Of a stretch of 64,000 nt of DNA, positions 1 through 13,216 are shown piece after piece. The notes below the pieces were generated by a model, which saw only the letters and a program-made list of their open reading frames with translations, did no database searches and had not been told where the DNA came from. The stretch comes from Paraphysomonas bandaiensis (lineage: Eukaryota > Protista > Chrysophyceae): assembly GCA_965644295.1 (NCBI GenBank), contig CBFFRP010000271.1:65262-129261 (forward strand), in the 5' to 3' direction. The position numbers and the translations under genes were made by a program. The stretch's first letter is position 1. Each line of letters opens with the position of its first letter.

Positions 1-120
1 GTATGTGATATGTGATATGTGAACATAATGTCACATCGTCGAGTCGGAAAACATCCTGATAGGTTAACTCACTCTCCTTTCACTTATGGTCGAACTTGAT
101 TTTATGAAAGCACAAAGCAT

Positions 121-1425
121 ATTGTTTTATCCCCATTTTTTCTCAGAAGAAGCTTTATTTTGACCTGATTTAGGCTCAACAGAACGCTAATATCAGCACA
201 GGTCAAATATAGACATTCTACTTCAATATTCGGTTCAACAGAAGCTCACTTCTATCTTAATTATGATATTGACAGTCATATATACGTGAATTCATTATAT
301 TACACAATAGTTGAGAAACACAATCATGAGTTAACAATATACAAAGCTGATTTTCAAACACTCCAAGTTATCTTCCATCCTTCGTCTGCTGTAAAGATCA
401 TAAATGATGACCGTGCAAGCGATATACCTTCATAACTAGGACCTCAAAACAACTTCAATAATATTTCAGGAGAGTTTAAGTGTCATATCTGATGCTGTAT
501 AGGTTAAGGGCAGCGGCATCCAGTTCTTTCAGGGTTTCGGTCACACACTGTGCTTATGAGGATATTGTGTGCCTCATATCATACACATACCATTCAATCA
601 GTCATTATCACACTTATGTACGAATTTCAACACCTCGCAGTTGCTATTCCCTCAGTATTCTTCTGTGGGAAGAGTACATTTATTGTAGCTATTATATCTA
701 GAAATATAAGGGTTTATTGTTTGAGTTGATGTACAGTGCAATTGCTATTCCGTAAGCATACACAGTATACATACCATTGAATTGAAACAATATGACTTCT
801 TCTCATTTGTTTTCTTAATGTTAATCAGGAAACACCTATTTCTTTCTACAGCAAGCAAGCTATTAATAACTACAGATATACAATCTATAATATTATATTT
901 TCAACATCATGAGGATAAAAGCTACAATTTAACCTAAGAATAAAAGGAGTATCATCCCTTGTCTAAATTTAAAACTCGGGCTTTTCGCCCTCCACTAGTG
1001 AAATGGAGGCAGTTCATATGAAAGTCCATATGGCAGTTAATTGTCCGTTCTTATGACAGTCCATATGGCAGTTCATATTATGACGGTTAATTGTTCGTTC
1101 ATCCGACAGTGAACCGTCATAATATGAACAGAGCTAATATCTGAACCACCATATGCACTATAAGCAAATATCTGAACTGCTATATGCACTGCCACATGAA
1201 CAGGCGCCTTAAAAAATATTTTCATAGCTCTCGAATTCACTGTTGGATGTACTGTCATGTGAACCATTCATTTTTGGCGCTTTTCGCGCACTGTCGGATG
1301 AACTGTCATATGAACCACACTTTTCAGATTAACTGACAAAATTCACTGTCGAATGAACTACTTTTATTTCACTAGTGCTCGTTTCAAAATTTTGAGTGCG
1401 AGACGATATAGCCTCCTTATTGCCC
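121..1425. repeat. Unclassified ~1 kb dispersed repeat, copy 1 (host of the CACTA MITE)
   Basis: Colinear inverted similarity to 13217-14226, e.g. AAAACTCGGGCTTTTCGCCCTC and GACGATATAGCCTCCTTATTGCCC. Similarity stops sharply at ...TTGCCC (1425). Confidence 0.8.
993..1377. mobile_element. Non-autonomous CACTA/EnSpm-type element (385 bp)
   Basis: TIRs CACTAGTGAAAT...ATTTCACTAGTG. 3-bp TSD CTC (990-992, 1378-1380). Subterminal CATATGGCAGT/ATGAAC repeats. The empty site is present in the paralogous repeat near 13260. Confidence 0.92.
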
Positions 1426-4351
1426 ATAAGTCGAGGTAATACCAAAACCTGGTAAAGCGATTACACTAGGTTTTTCATATCTAAGTATTGAGTTATTATT
1501 TTACTGTAATTTGTATCTGAGAGGTTAAAGATAAATAAAAAGTCGCAAGTATAGTTGTTGTTAGCAGTATTTGTTGCCTCCATTATGATTTAAATAACTA
1601 TTGCGATATTAAAATTGAATTTCTCTGAGTGTGTATTCCAAATAAAGTGCCATCACACGACTGGAGGAAACTGATCTGGACTGTCAATTGTCTCGTATGC
1701 TAGACACTAAAATTGGTCTTAACCACACTCATTAAAACCACACTTCTACGAAGAAATATATTTACGTCCAAATCAATTAAATTTATTTTATTACTCTACT
1801 AAATAGATAGTACTATCAGAGAGTGTGCTTGCATGCACATACAAATCGTTTGCTAGTGTTTGACAATAACTAAAGTACTCAAAATCTTCGGAATCGTTAT
1901 ATAACGATATGCGTTAACAGTGTTTTGAATTATACAACCGAACATAAGTGAACTATGCGTGCCCGCCTCACACAACTCCCATTGCCACTATGCCTTGTTG
2001 TATCTATCACAGGCATAAAGCATCTTGTAATAGTCATCACACACAGAGAATACATCCATGGTGTCGAGGCCTTGGTTGTCCGTCACGTGTATGCATAACT
2101 TAATACTGTGTGTTGCTTCCCATATTTCCTATGAGCGTGCACAACTATTTGCTTCTTTCTCTTGTTCTACAACCCATTCCATTTTCCCCATATATCTACT
2201 CAGCGTGTGGTACAAATTAGCTTTATTCTATCAGACTACTAAAGAGCCAACAAGTAATAATCAGACTTTCTTATATCTACTCCGTGTTCCACCAGTCGTG
2301 TCAACGCCGGAAATTGCTTTGGATTAACAAACTCCCTCTAAGGATACTTCTAATCTTCAAGAGGAGATATCTTCAGAGTAACGCTTATATCGAACATTTC
2401 GGCAAATTGTATGCCGAACGACGAAATCGTAGGATAATTTATTCTGAACTCTTTCCGGTATTACTCCAGTAGTGAACGCAGTGGGCGGATCATTTTCTGG
2501 ACACCAGTAAACACGAATTGTTCGCCATAAATACGAATCCTAATATCTAGCATCTTGTTTATCTTACTTACAGATAACAGCACAGAGTTCCCTTTGTTGT
2601 AAACGATGTGATCAGGATCTATATCTTGTCGTGACAAGTGCAGGTGAAATGTGCTCAGGAGGGTTGGCCTTCGCAGCTTAAACGTTGGAAATGGTCTGAT
2701 AATCTGGCAAATGAAACGATTCATGTCTCAAATGAATCCGCTTCCACTGCTTTTGAAGCTTTTTCCACTCAGCCCTAATTTTGGCTTGTCTATTCGCTCA
2801 TTTTGTAAGTATAAGAATGAGTCGAATAGAATGAAGTTACCTGCACATATTTGCCCTGGGTCACTGGGGTGTTGTCCGCTGCTGTCATATGAATTCACAT
2901 ACTTCGTTTGAGTTGAGTTACATTTTTCCGTACATAACAACAGTTCTTTTGTGATGTGACGGTGAGTGTGGTTAAAACCAAATACATTTGATTATATATA
3001 TTCAGTAATAAGAAATAGTGTAAAATATTCTATACTTCTCCACACTCTATGGCTAAGTTTTAAGCTACAAAAACTAATTGTGCCACACAACAGCAAGCAC
3101 CAACAATATATTAGTTGAAGATGAGATTCCAGCTTGGTCCTTTCAGCGTTGCACAGCCCAAATAGCTTTCGCAGCGGTAAAATAGTTGAATAGCGTCAAG
3201 CAATTAGTTTGTAATTCTAGCTTACTATGCTACTTTCTACTGCTAATAATGAAGATACTTTACAGCATGATATATAACGCTACGATCTAGTTTTACTACC
3301 ACACTGGAACAATTAAAAATATTCATGTCGGCCGCAGTTACTTTTACGAAGTAATGTTTGAATAGTTGTGTAGTGTGAACACAATCCGTAATTACACAAC
3401 CAACGAATAATTTTTTAATACAATATTTTTTCTGTTAATCTAGTAGAGTATAAATTTAATATCTACTTGTATATTAAAAATTAAAATCAATGAATCAAGA
3501 AAATGTGGCATACAGTTTGATTCTAACAGGGTATCAGGCGTACTGAAGTATGATTTCCCTCTAGAAACCACCCATGAATTATATATTCACATAGAGCTTA
3601 ATGTGTGTAGGAATTTAGCCGAACGAATACACATCCGAAGGTAAGATAAGCCACTGTGCGTTAGATCACACACCGCTGAATTGATACATCAGTCCTATCC
3701 ACAAAAAGCATTCAGTTACATTTTTCACATTGTCTTACAACCACTTCTTTATCATTCTAACCTGGTGGTGTAGGACTTCTTCGTATTCTTCTTGTTTTAC
3801 TCTTCTTTATTCTGTGACAACTTGAGTGGAATTAAACATCCGTCACCTGCAGAATTCAGTCGTCTTTCATCAATTTCCGATGCTAAATCCGCATCTACCA
3901 AATATCAACACTCATTGCGTAACAATATGATGAATATTCTTAATAGTTTATCAATATATGAAGATCAACACTGTTAATTTCTATAGCGTTGGAATACTGT
4001 GTATCCCAACTCTGCTTTTCAAAAGTTTCTATTGGACTTTTTAGCTGTGAATATCCGCATCTGAAAATATGAGGAGATTCGTCTGTACACAACTTCGCTC
4101 TAGGAGTAGAGATCTGCTGATGTATACCGGTATACGGTGGTATACACCAGACAGACAGTATGTCCAGCAAGGAGCACAGTGCAACAGTGCGGTTAATAGA
4201 CTCCAGCAGCACTGCATAATCGACTTACAATAAATTAACTCGATATCTTTATTTGTGATTTATTGAAACGGAGCTTGGTTATCAACATATAGTTTTGTGT
4301 GCCTTAAGTGTTATTGGTATCTCTGATGCTTTGTAACTGTCAACGATCTAG

Positions 4352-4938
4352 TGGCGTAGTATCTAATGTTCCCGAGTTGGTGAGAGATAAGTTGGAAGCA
4401 GTAACGAGAATATATCCTTCAACGAAATACGTTTGTGTTGTAAATTCGATCGGCGAACTAATGTATGTACCCCTTTATCCACCTAACGTGACCTTTACTA
4501 TCGTCATAATAGTGCCGCTCTATTGGTAGAGGAGACTCCATCTGCTGAAGTTCTAGCCGCTATATCAGCACTCAAGAGGTCTGCCATACAATTTGGTAAT
4601 GTTAATCAATCCGTGGATACTCGTCCTGATATATCAGTATAACGTATAGCATCAACACTGGATCAAGAGGACTGTCCTGTAATGCACTTAACAGGAGAAA
4701 CCTACATGTTTTCACTTTATGAAGTTGGGGAATTTGTGAGTCTGTATTATTAAATTAGTGACAATTTAATATTATATTACAGCTACTTGCGTTTTACACG
4801 GAGATATCTGGGAGCGCGTTTACAACACTAGATTTAAGTGATGCTGATTCGCGCGAAATATTGGAGATAGTAGCAGACCTTCGATTGATGTTACAAAATG
4901 TAGTAATACACAGTGATAATCCCAGCAATAAAATGTAG
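4352..4938 (+). CDS. Small spliced gene, possible Roadblock/LAMTOR/longin-like fold (5' end not resolved)
   Basis: Exons 4352-4462, 4513-4595, 4650-4735 and 4783-4938 join in frame across GT-AG introns: ...KYVCVVNSIGELIAALLVEETPSAEVLAAISALKRSAIQFASTLDQEDCPVMHLTGETYMFSLYEVGEFLLAFY...NKM*. The fold call is inferred from the helix/strand pattern. Confidence 0.6.
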
Positions 4939-6309
4939 TGATGTAGTGCGACTGTAATACTGTATAGTAATATATTTTTACGTTCTCAGCTACTATTTAT
5001 CTAATATCTAATATGCACACAGCTATAGCTGTTTACTTCAGTCGAAGTTATTAGATCGGGCCCACCTTTGAGTTAATTGGGCAGTGTCATTGTTTTTCAT
5101 TAATACATAATATTTCGTAAAATAATCTATCTTCAAGTCGAAGACTTTTGACCATGTTAATGTAGCTAAGTGCAATATCATGGTGATTTCTTTCGCTTAT
5201 ATCTGACACAGGTGACTATATGTGCGCAAGTTGAATTCCCTGAAATGGTATGCATCAGTACTGATATGTTAATGTGATGTACTCAAAGTTGTTCACTAGT
5301 TCAAGTCAGTCTGCCTAAATACACCACATTGGAATTGGACATACACATGAATTTTGAATTTGACTATATGTATTTTCGCAAACTTATAACAAACCAAAAT
5401 CAATAAAGAATAAATTGTAATATTTTTTAAACTAGAGAGTACTTAATAGTGTCGTAAATTTTCAAAGATTATAACGCTATATAAGTAGCATAGCACAGTT
5501 TCTAGAAGTTAGAATCAAGTTTCATAGATTTTTTTGTGCAAACACTTTCAGTCGAACGGAAGTGGTCGCACCTTGGTGCTTGCGGCGACGCACAAGCAGC
5601 TTTCGTAGAGTTACATATAGTAGGGTATGAGAATTTGTACTAGTTAGTTCCAGGTAGAAGTCTGCTGCTTTCCTTGTATGTATTGCACACCGTATATCAT
5701 TTAAGCTCATCTATGAACTGATTTACGAGCCCTGAAAATAAAAAAATAGCGTAAATGCAGACTATAAAATAATAGTTGCTATACAAGATCTATGAAAAGT
5801 AACAATGCTGCGTTTCTTCTATGTCGTATTATACTTACTATTGTAGTATTGGTGTATAAATAATATAATAGAGATGTCTTAATCTCTAATTTTTATTTTT
5901 AATTAATTCTTTATTTGGTATCAGATGACTCCAAACGTACTAATAATGATACTAACGATTCCGACTCCTCAAACCAATCGGATTTGGAGCAACTCCAGCA
6001 GTCGTTTGAGATAATTTGTAATCTTTCTATGCTAAAACAAGGTTACAAAATCGAGTATTCGCTGTCCGTATTAAACACCTTCTATATAAATACTGGCTAG
6101 TAAGGTCCAACAACTTCTCCATGCTGAGTATAATAATATATATTATTGTCCTCAATAATTACAACACTGAATAAACCAATCACGGTACCCCTCTATTCCA
6201 TAGTTCCTTTTGATAGAGTACCAGTATGTGTGTACAATTTGCTAGCTAACGTTTTACAGAAACGTTCTGAACAAGTCAGCATATTATTATGTCAGGAATA
6301 TCAGCATTC

Positions 6310-6915
6310 TGTACACTTATAATAATATCCACACACCATATATATATAATATAATATTATATGTTCCTTGGGCTGCTAGTGAACTTTCTTTAGAGAACTA
6401 ATTTTGACTTACTTTCAATGTGATCGTAATGGCACATCACCCTTTAACTACAGGTTGATGTAGACTAGTTTCATATTACCTCTCACTTCTATTGCCGCTT
6501 GAAGCTTCAGTTGAAGCTTTTTCTCGATTTTGCAATTTTAAGCTTTTATACTGTTCAATTGACGAATTGCTGTGTACACTGTTGTAATTGTGTTTATCCT
6601 TTAAACCGCTTAAACAATTTAGTGAAATTGATATTTATTCCATTGAAGTAAAATAACTGAACATTGTAAAAATTTCTCATTACTCTTGTTGAACTTGCTC
6701 AATACAGCAATAAGAAATTTGCAGTCATATCTTATGTTACAGTCACTAAATATCTGTGTATTGAATATATTTCATAGCACTTCATTGAACTCATATAGTA
6801 AGCCTTTAACTAATGTTTTGTCATAGATCAAAGATCTTAAACCACAGCAATCAATATCTCAACTTTACGCAAAACTTAACCCAGTGATACTTGGTGTATA
6901 CCATTCGTGTGACAA
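6310..6915. repeat. Degenerate dispersed repeat, direct copy at ~20880-21500
   Basis: Shared blocks such as TAATATCCACACACCATA, GCTAGTGAACTTTCTTTAGAGAAC, GAATTGCTGTGTACACTGTT and AACCACAGCAATCAATATCTCAACT. Confidence 0.7.
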
Positions 6916-8319
6916 TAGAATGAAAACGTGTTTGTTTAAGAAAATAACTTATTGATATAGTAGTTAAGATAATCAATGTAACAAATTAATGACGGTAAAT
7001 TAAAATAAATCTTTACCAATGCATAGTTTTAGTTAATCGAGAATGTGTTGTGTTAAAGTTTAGTTAATTACTTTTAAGTGTTCAGATGCCAAAGTTGATA
7101 GCATTAGACACTTAATATGCTGTAAGAATTCAATTTTGATTCAAAACTGGGCCTGTTAACCGTTAATGGTAGTCCAGTTCCCGGCAATTATAATGGCCAT
7201 TAATACCTACTAACTTAAAGTAGATAGCACCACTCATATAATAGATAGTTTTGTGCTCCCTTAATTACTAGTTTTAGTTAAACAGCAGACTACAAATTTA
7301 AACTACTTCTCGCTCTCTACTGGCACATCAGGATCTTCTGCAGGGCTTTATGGAGGGTATAAACATCCCACGACATGTAATTGGCTCGTAGGAACAGCAA
7401 CGATTCTAGCGATATGGATTCATGTTTCTACGCTCAGGTGTCATAATCAACTTTGCACGACTAAAAAGAGCCTCTCAACAACATTAGATTGTGCTTCAAT
7501 AATATGAAGCAAGCAGCGGTAGTTGGACTCATAGGTACCAAGTCGAGCTCTCTTGGTGACCTCGGCGTGTCCAGAACACGCTGTGCAAAATTAGTTCCTT
7601 CACTCTCGTCCTCGTTATTTCTGTCGGGTACACCACCCTCCATGGATGAATCCAGTTGCAAACTGCTCTTCTCTTCTTTCATTGCCTGTCAACTCTCTTT
7701 CATCGTTCCCATGAATTTTAGCTACTGCATTTTCTCAAAATTTGCACTGGCAACAATGCTTGCATTCGGGGAAAGGTATGGGTGCAGCTTTGAAAATTCT
7801 TGTAGTAGCATATCAAATAACTGGCGGGCTTTGGTACAAAAATGGTTCCATCTCTTCCGAACATACTTATTCTCCACAATATAGAAAATGGTTCGTCGTT
7901 CATAACTATCCATTCCAGCCACCGAAATAAGTTCCTTGCAGCAGGAGATACTTTCTTTCTTACAACAGACAATAAATCGCCCCCGTGAAGTCTTTCACTT
8001 CCCAAAATTCTCTCGAGTTCCTCTCGCCAAGAAAAATCCGCATGTTTGGTGCCCTTCTTGGCTATATGATTCACACAACTCGTGTAACCTCGCTGTATAT
8101 CTTGTTTATATATTGCACAACGAACAATATGATACAGAGTACTGAGAGGATTCTCTGAATCCACTCGGAAGAAGACTCTGTAAATTACACTGCCATCAAT
8201 TTTTCCGGCCATCATCTTTGCTTAATATGCTGGATGGTATAAATACAGAGTAGGAATCCTATAATTACTCTCAGCTTTAGGGGAAAAGAGTGTTTTATGA
8301 ATGTTTCTATAGGTGAAAT

Positions 8320-9965
8320 CAGGGCCTGGTAACCATTAATGGCCCATTAATGGTAGTCCAGTTCCCGGCAATTATAATGGCATTAATGAAAAATGTCCCG
8401 GCAATTATAATGGCCAGTAATGGCCATTAATGGCCCATTAATGGTCTTTAATACCTACTAACTTAAAGTAGATAGCACCACTCATATAATAGATAGTGCT
8501 GTGATCCCTTAATTACTAATTTTTAGTTAACTAGCAGACTGCAATTTTAACTACTTCTCGCTGCTCTCTACTGGCACATCAGGATCTTCTTGCAGGGCTT
8601 CATGGATGGTATAAACATCCCACAACATGTAATTGGCTCGTAGGAATAGCAACGATTCTAGACGATATGGATTCATGTTTCTACGCTCAGGCGTCATAAT
8701 TAACTTTGCACGACTAAAGAGCCTCTCAACAACATTAGATTGTGTTTCGATATGAAGCAAGCAGCGGTAGTTGGACTCATAGGTACCAAGTCGAGCTCTC
8801 TTGGTGACCTCGGCGCTGTCCAGAACACGCTGTGCAAAATCAGTTCCTTCACTCTCGTCCTCGTTATTTCTGTCGGGTACACCAACCTCCATGGATAAAT
8901 CCAGTTGCAAATATAATGATCTGACATGCCATCGCATGTCCACCCATCAAAAACTAGACCAAATTTATCTGGTAACATAATACTCAACTTCCTTTCCACG
9001 AGTATATGTGTGCGTTGTAAATATTTCATCACCGTCGTAACTGAGATGGGTGCTAAATTGGTGTTCATCCGAATATACTTATTCTCCACGATAGAAAATG
9101 GTTCGTCGTTCATAATTATCCATTGCAGCCACCGAAATAAGTTCCTTGCAGCAGGAGATACTTTCTTTCTTACAAAAGACAATATATCGCCCCCGTGAAG
9201 TCTTTCACATCCCAAAATTCTCTCGAGTTCCTCTCGCCAAGAAAAATCCGCATGCTTGGTGCTCTTGGTTATATGATTAACACAACTAGTGTAACCTCGC
9301 TTTATATCCTGTTTAAGGCGATCATTGCACAAAGAACAAATATGATACAGAGGATTATCTGAATCCACTCGAAAGAAGACTCTGTAAATTACACTGCCAT
9401 CAATTTTTTCGGCCATCATCGTTGCTTAATATGGATATATATACTGTATGGTATAAATACAGAGTAAAATATTACTTTGCTTAGTTGTGTACTGCTGTAG
9501 CTTCTTTTAACTTTGGGGGAAAATAGTATTTTTATGAATGTCTAGGTAAAATATGCATATTTTCAATGATTATTTTAGAGTTTTTGGGGTATATGAGTAG
9601 GAATTCCTACGTCGCTATATATAGATATTGCTTGCTCAGGAAACTATTCTCCACATTGAGAAGATGGTGAACAAAGTTGCCACAAAGTGCCTGTAGAGTT
9701 GCATGAACATTGTTGTCTAATATTGCTTAGAGTTTCTTCGGAGTATAGAGGAGATACTATATTCTATTATCTTAAAAACACTCAGTTCTATATATAACAG
9801 TACAGATCATTAATGGGATACCATTAATGGCCCATTAATGGTAGTCCAGTTACCGGCAATTATAATGGCATTAATGAAAAATGTCCCGGCAATTATAATG
9901 GCATTACCATTAATGGCCCATTAATGGCCATTAATGCCATTACCATTAATGGTTACCAGGCCCTG
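8320..9965 (-). mobile_element. Internally deleted hAT transposon nested inside a same-family copy
   Basis: TIRs CAGGGCCTGGTAACC...GGTTACCAGGCCCTG. 8-bp TSD GGTGAAAT (8312-8319, 9966-9973). Confidence 0.93.
8551..9419 (-). pseudogene. Truncated hAT transposase
   Basis: BED-like CxxC...H...H (CSLC...NHITKSTKH) and the first catalytic motif VFDGWT. A deletion/frameshift then leads to the hATC dimerisation motif SNVVERLFSRAK...LESLLFLRAN. Confidence 0.85.
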
Positions 9966-10569
9966 GGTGAAATATGCATATTTTCAATGATTATTTTAGA
10001 GCTTTTGGGTATATGAGTACGTTGCTATGGATATTGCTCAGGACACTATTCTCTAACTCTAGAATGCATTAAGAAGATAGTGAACAAGGGTGCCACAGAG
10101 AGTGCCTGTAGAGTTGCATGAACATTGTTGTCTAATATTGTTTAGAGTCTTTTCGGAGTGTAGAGGAGATGCTATATTCTATATTATCTTAATAACACTC
10201 AGTTCTATATATATAGCAGTACAGGTCATTAATGGTATCCCATTAATGGCCCATTAATGGTAGTCCGGTTACCGGCAATTATAATGGCATTAATTAAAAA
10301 TGTCCCGGCAATTATAATGGCATTACCATTAATGGCTACCAGGCCCTGATTCAAAATAGGCGTGTAGTCAATATCACGAAAGCAATTGTCTGAAAATATT
10401 TCCGCTTGACAATAATATAATTAAGAAAAGAAGTCAATTTATGAATGAAAAAAGCGTAAATATCTGAGAAACACAAGTACTATTGCAGTTATTGATTATC
10501 GATTTCGGCAGAGTACGCCCGCATCAATAAGGATAGCTTGACAGCGCAATAGTACCTTGACTATGCAAA

Positions 10570-12065
10570 TCATACATCACACTCTTTAACTGATACTGGA
10601 GGCGCATACATTGTAAAACCCGTAAACAAGCGAGTTTTAGCGTCTGTTAGTGTTCGTAAAACATCTCCTCTCATTGCAGCCTTGGTTGTCGTGACAGATC
10701 TGAACCATGCTCTACGTGGGAGCAGCGCAAAAAATACACCGATTGCCAAACAAATTCCAATTAACACCATCTCAAAGGTAAACTCCATTCCAGACTTAAC
10801 ATCTCCGGACCACATGTCAGACATTCCCCGAACTCCCATACCACCAGGTACGAGGACCAGGAGGCCAGATATAATATATACTAAAGGTCTCTCTCCCCTG
10901 GCGTACGCATACATTCGTGCAGAAACTGTCACTAAAGCGGCAGCAACAGCCGGAATAAAATCATCATTCAAACATTTCAAGCTATCAACTCCATAGCTAA
11001 CGAACTGCCCAACTGCAGCACATAGGACCATACCAGACAATTGTTTTGGGTTGGCATTCACCAGTACTCCAAAGCACAACGATGCAAGGGGTAAAAGGAT
11101 TATACCGAAAGCGGGGTTTAGAGAGTGTTTACACCCATTCTCAAAACTATCTGGTAGCTCCCTATCCGAGTATATTACCCTGTAGCCACCAGTCAATCCA
11201 AAGCCAAGTTGAGATGCAAGAGAGATCCCATATATCAATCGAGAAGAGCCATACACGATCATACGGGAGTATAACTCTAGCACTGCTATCGTAATGGTAA
11301 TTCCTGGTAAGAGCCACACTATTCCACCAAAAAGTTGACCATAGAGGCATAAATGTTCGTTATAAACATACTTATCGAGAGTACTTGCAATGCATGTGAC
11401 TACGAAAGACGATACAAAGCATTCTATCTCCGCAAGTCCTTGAAACCTCCTGCAGAGGTCACCAACGAGGTATACGATGAGTCCGAATAGTATGGCCCAT
11501 GTTCCGTCTCGCCAGTTCCCACCAAAAAATAATGTAGCAGAGGAAAATGACGCCAACCCATAAGCTATAGCTGTAATATACCACGGGTACCTAAGACTAC
11601 AGTCAATAATAAGTACACCATTGAGGTAAATACTGACACTTGTATGTTTTCTTCAATCAAAAGGAGACGCTTATCTGCACTATCAAAATTCACTCTACCC
11701 TGTTGAATGTCAAAGCAAATTTGATCAAGAAGACTAAGCTTTAAGCAATCTAATCCGGCCACAATGGGTATGATATAAGACTCACAAGAGTGAGGGTTAA
11801 GTTGACCGGATTCCTGGAACGACAGCATGGCACTGACTGGAAACACTGCACACGAGGAGTATAAGCCGAACGACAGAGCCACTTGTCTTACATACTCCTC
11901 TGTGCGGTAAGATAGGTTTCCTGCACTGTGTAGAGCAGAAACAAGACGAAATATAAACTTTTTCTTTCTTGTCGCATCGTCATCTTGTGTGTGGGATTCC
12001 ACTTCTTGATCATCGGATTTAGTTATAAGAGTGATAAGAGTATCGTCCTCCAACATGTCATTCAT
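10570..12065 (-). CDS. ThrE-family (threonine/serine exporter, Prm10-like) multi-pass membrane protein, one intron
   Basis: ORFs 11565-12065 and 10570-11556 join through a short intron (...ENIQV|YPWYITAIAYGLASF). Motifs ALHSAG..SYRTE, LFFGGNW, WLLPG and LVLVPGGMG, with ~10 hydrophobic segments. Confidence 0.85.
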
Positions 12066-12495
12066 AAAACTAAAAGATTGACAAGAACATTAAAAGTACA
12101 TGGCTGATTATTGATTATACTAACATCTAGACATATGGCCAGATATAGTCCCCAACACAAAAAAAACTTACAGAGATTTTAGGTATATACAGAGTATATA
12201 CAGTACATATACAGAGTAGTGTGTACCAATATCTGTAAAAAACACAGAACATTTGCAAAAATGCAATCGGTTTCTAGATTTTTGATATTCTCCCTAATTT
12301 TTACACAAAAAAACATACTGTACATCTCTTACTATAAAGTGGAGTGTTAACATTTTCACAGTTAAACTGAGTTTGGAGAGCCTACTTGTCGCAGTCATCG
12401 CTGCGATACGCTGAACGGATTAGCAGCCCTTCTAATTTTTCGGCTGCTATCCCCACGGACTCGAATAGCAGTCGTTATTGTTGTATTCACTGTAT

Positions 12496-12971
12496 ATGGT
12501 TCCTGAATCTGGTTTTATGGAATCTAAAGCTCAAGTCAACTACAAGGTAGGGACTGTTATTGAAAGGTTCATTGAAGGAACGTGGTTCATTGGTAAAATA
12601 ATTGAAATCGATGACTACAGTATGGAGTTTACAATAAGGTACCTTGATGATGATCTTGTTGAGTCGAATGTTCCTGTCGATGAAATCCGAATAGCCGAAA
12701 ACGAGCAGTTACCAGAAGAACATAAACGTGGAAGGAAAAGTACACTACCTAAACCATTGTTAGGGCTCGTTGATGATGATTCTGATATGAGAAGTGCTCA
12801 TCAACCTATAGTTATTGTACACAATGATTCCGACAGCGGTAAGCATTTTTCCCCATAATAGTCTTAAGTTTTAATGTATTAATTTTAGATAAAGCTATCA
12901 TAATCAATGGCTCCGAGAAAACTCTTGCTGCAGGGGGAGGTCTTCGTGCATTGCGCTATCTGAAGAAGTAG
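12496..12971 (+). CDS. Small protein with N-terminal Tudor/SH3-like domain, one intron
   Basis: YKVGTVIER..GTWFIGKI..FTIRYLDD..ESNVPVDEIR fits a Tudor-like pattern. Intron 12839-12889 (GTAAGC...TTTTAG) leads to the C-terminus IINGSEKTLAAGGGLRALRYLKK*. Confidence 0.7.
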
Positions 12972-13216
12972 GATGTTGAAGAGGTCATTTTGATAGATGC
13001 TTGTTTGCTGTAGTTTGTGATAAAGGTGTGAGCGGCTGTATGTTTGATCGATTTAACTCCCACTACTATAGTATTGTACGTGTTGTCGTGTTCAGTTTGT
13101 AAGTAATTATTTAGAACTACTATTTTTCTGCGACTGTGTTGTTGTTGAGATCGACCGAATTTCCACTACCCCTACTATCATTGTATTCAGGTCCAGTCAT
13201 AGTCATATTAAACAAC

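Larger units (their letters stand above)
7147..10348 (-). mobile_element. Defective hAT DNA transposon (outer copy)
   Basis: Ends CTGGGCCTGTTAACC...GGCTACCAGGCCCTG. 8-bp TSD ATTCAAAA (7139-7146, 10349-10356). CCATTAATGG subterminal repeats. Frameshifted transposase fragments at ~7300-8215. Confidence 0.9.

Noticed and set aside
2058-2940. Cluster of short ORFs, possibly a decayed gene
   Set aside because: Multiple stops and no recognisable motif, so it cannot be assigned.
9800-9965. Palindromic CCATTAATGG repeats resembling a CRISPR or operator array
   Set aside because: They are hAT subterminal transposase-binding repeats next to the TIRs; there are no unique spacers and the context is eukaryotic.
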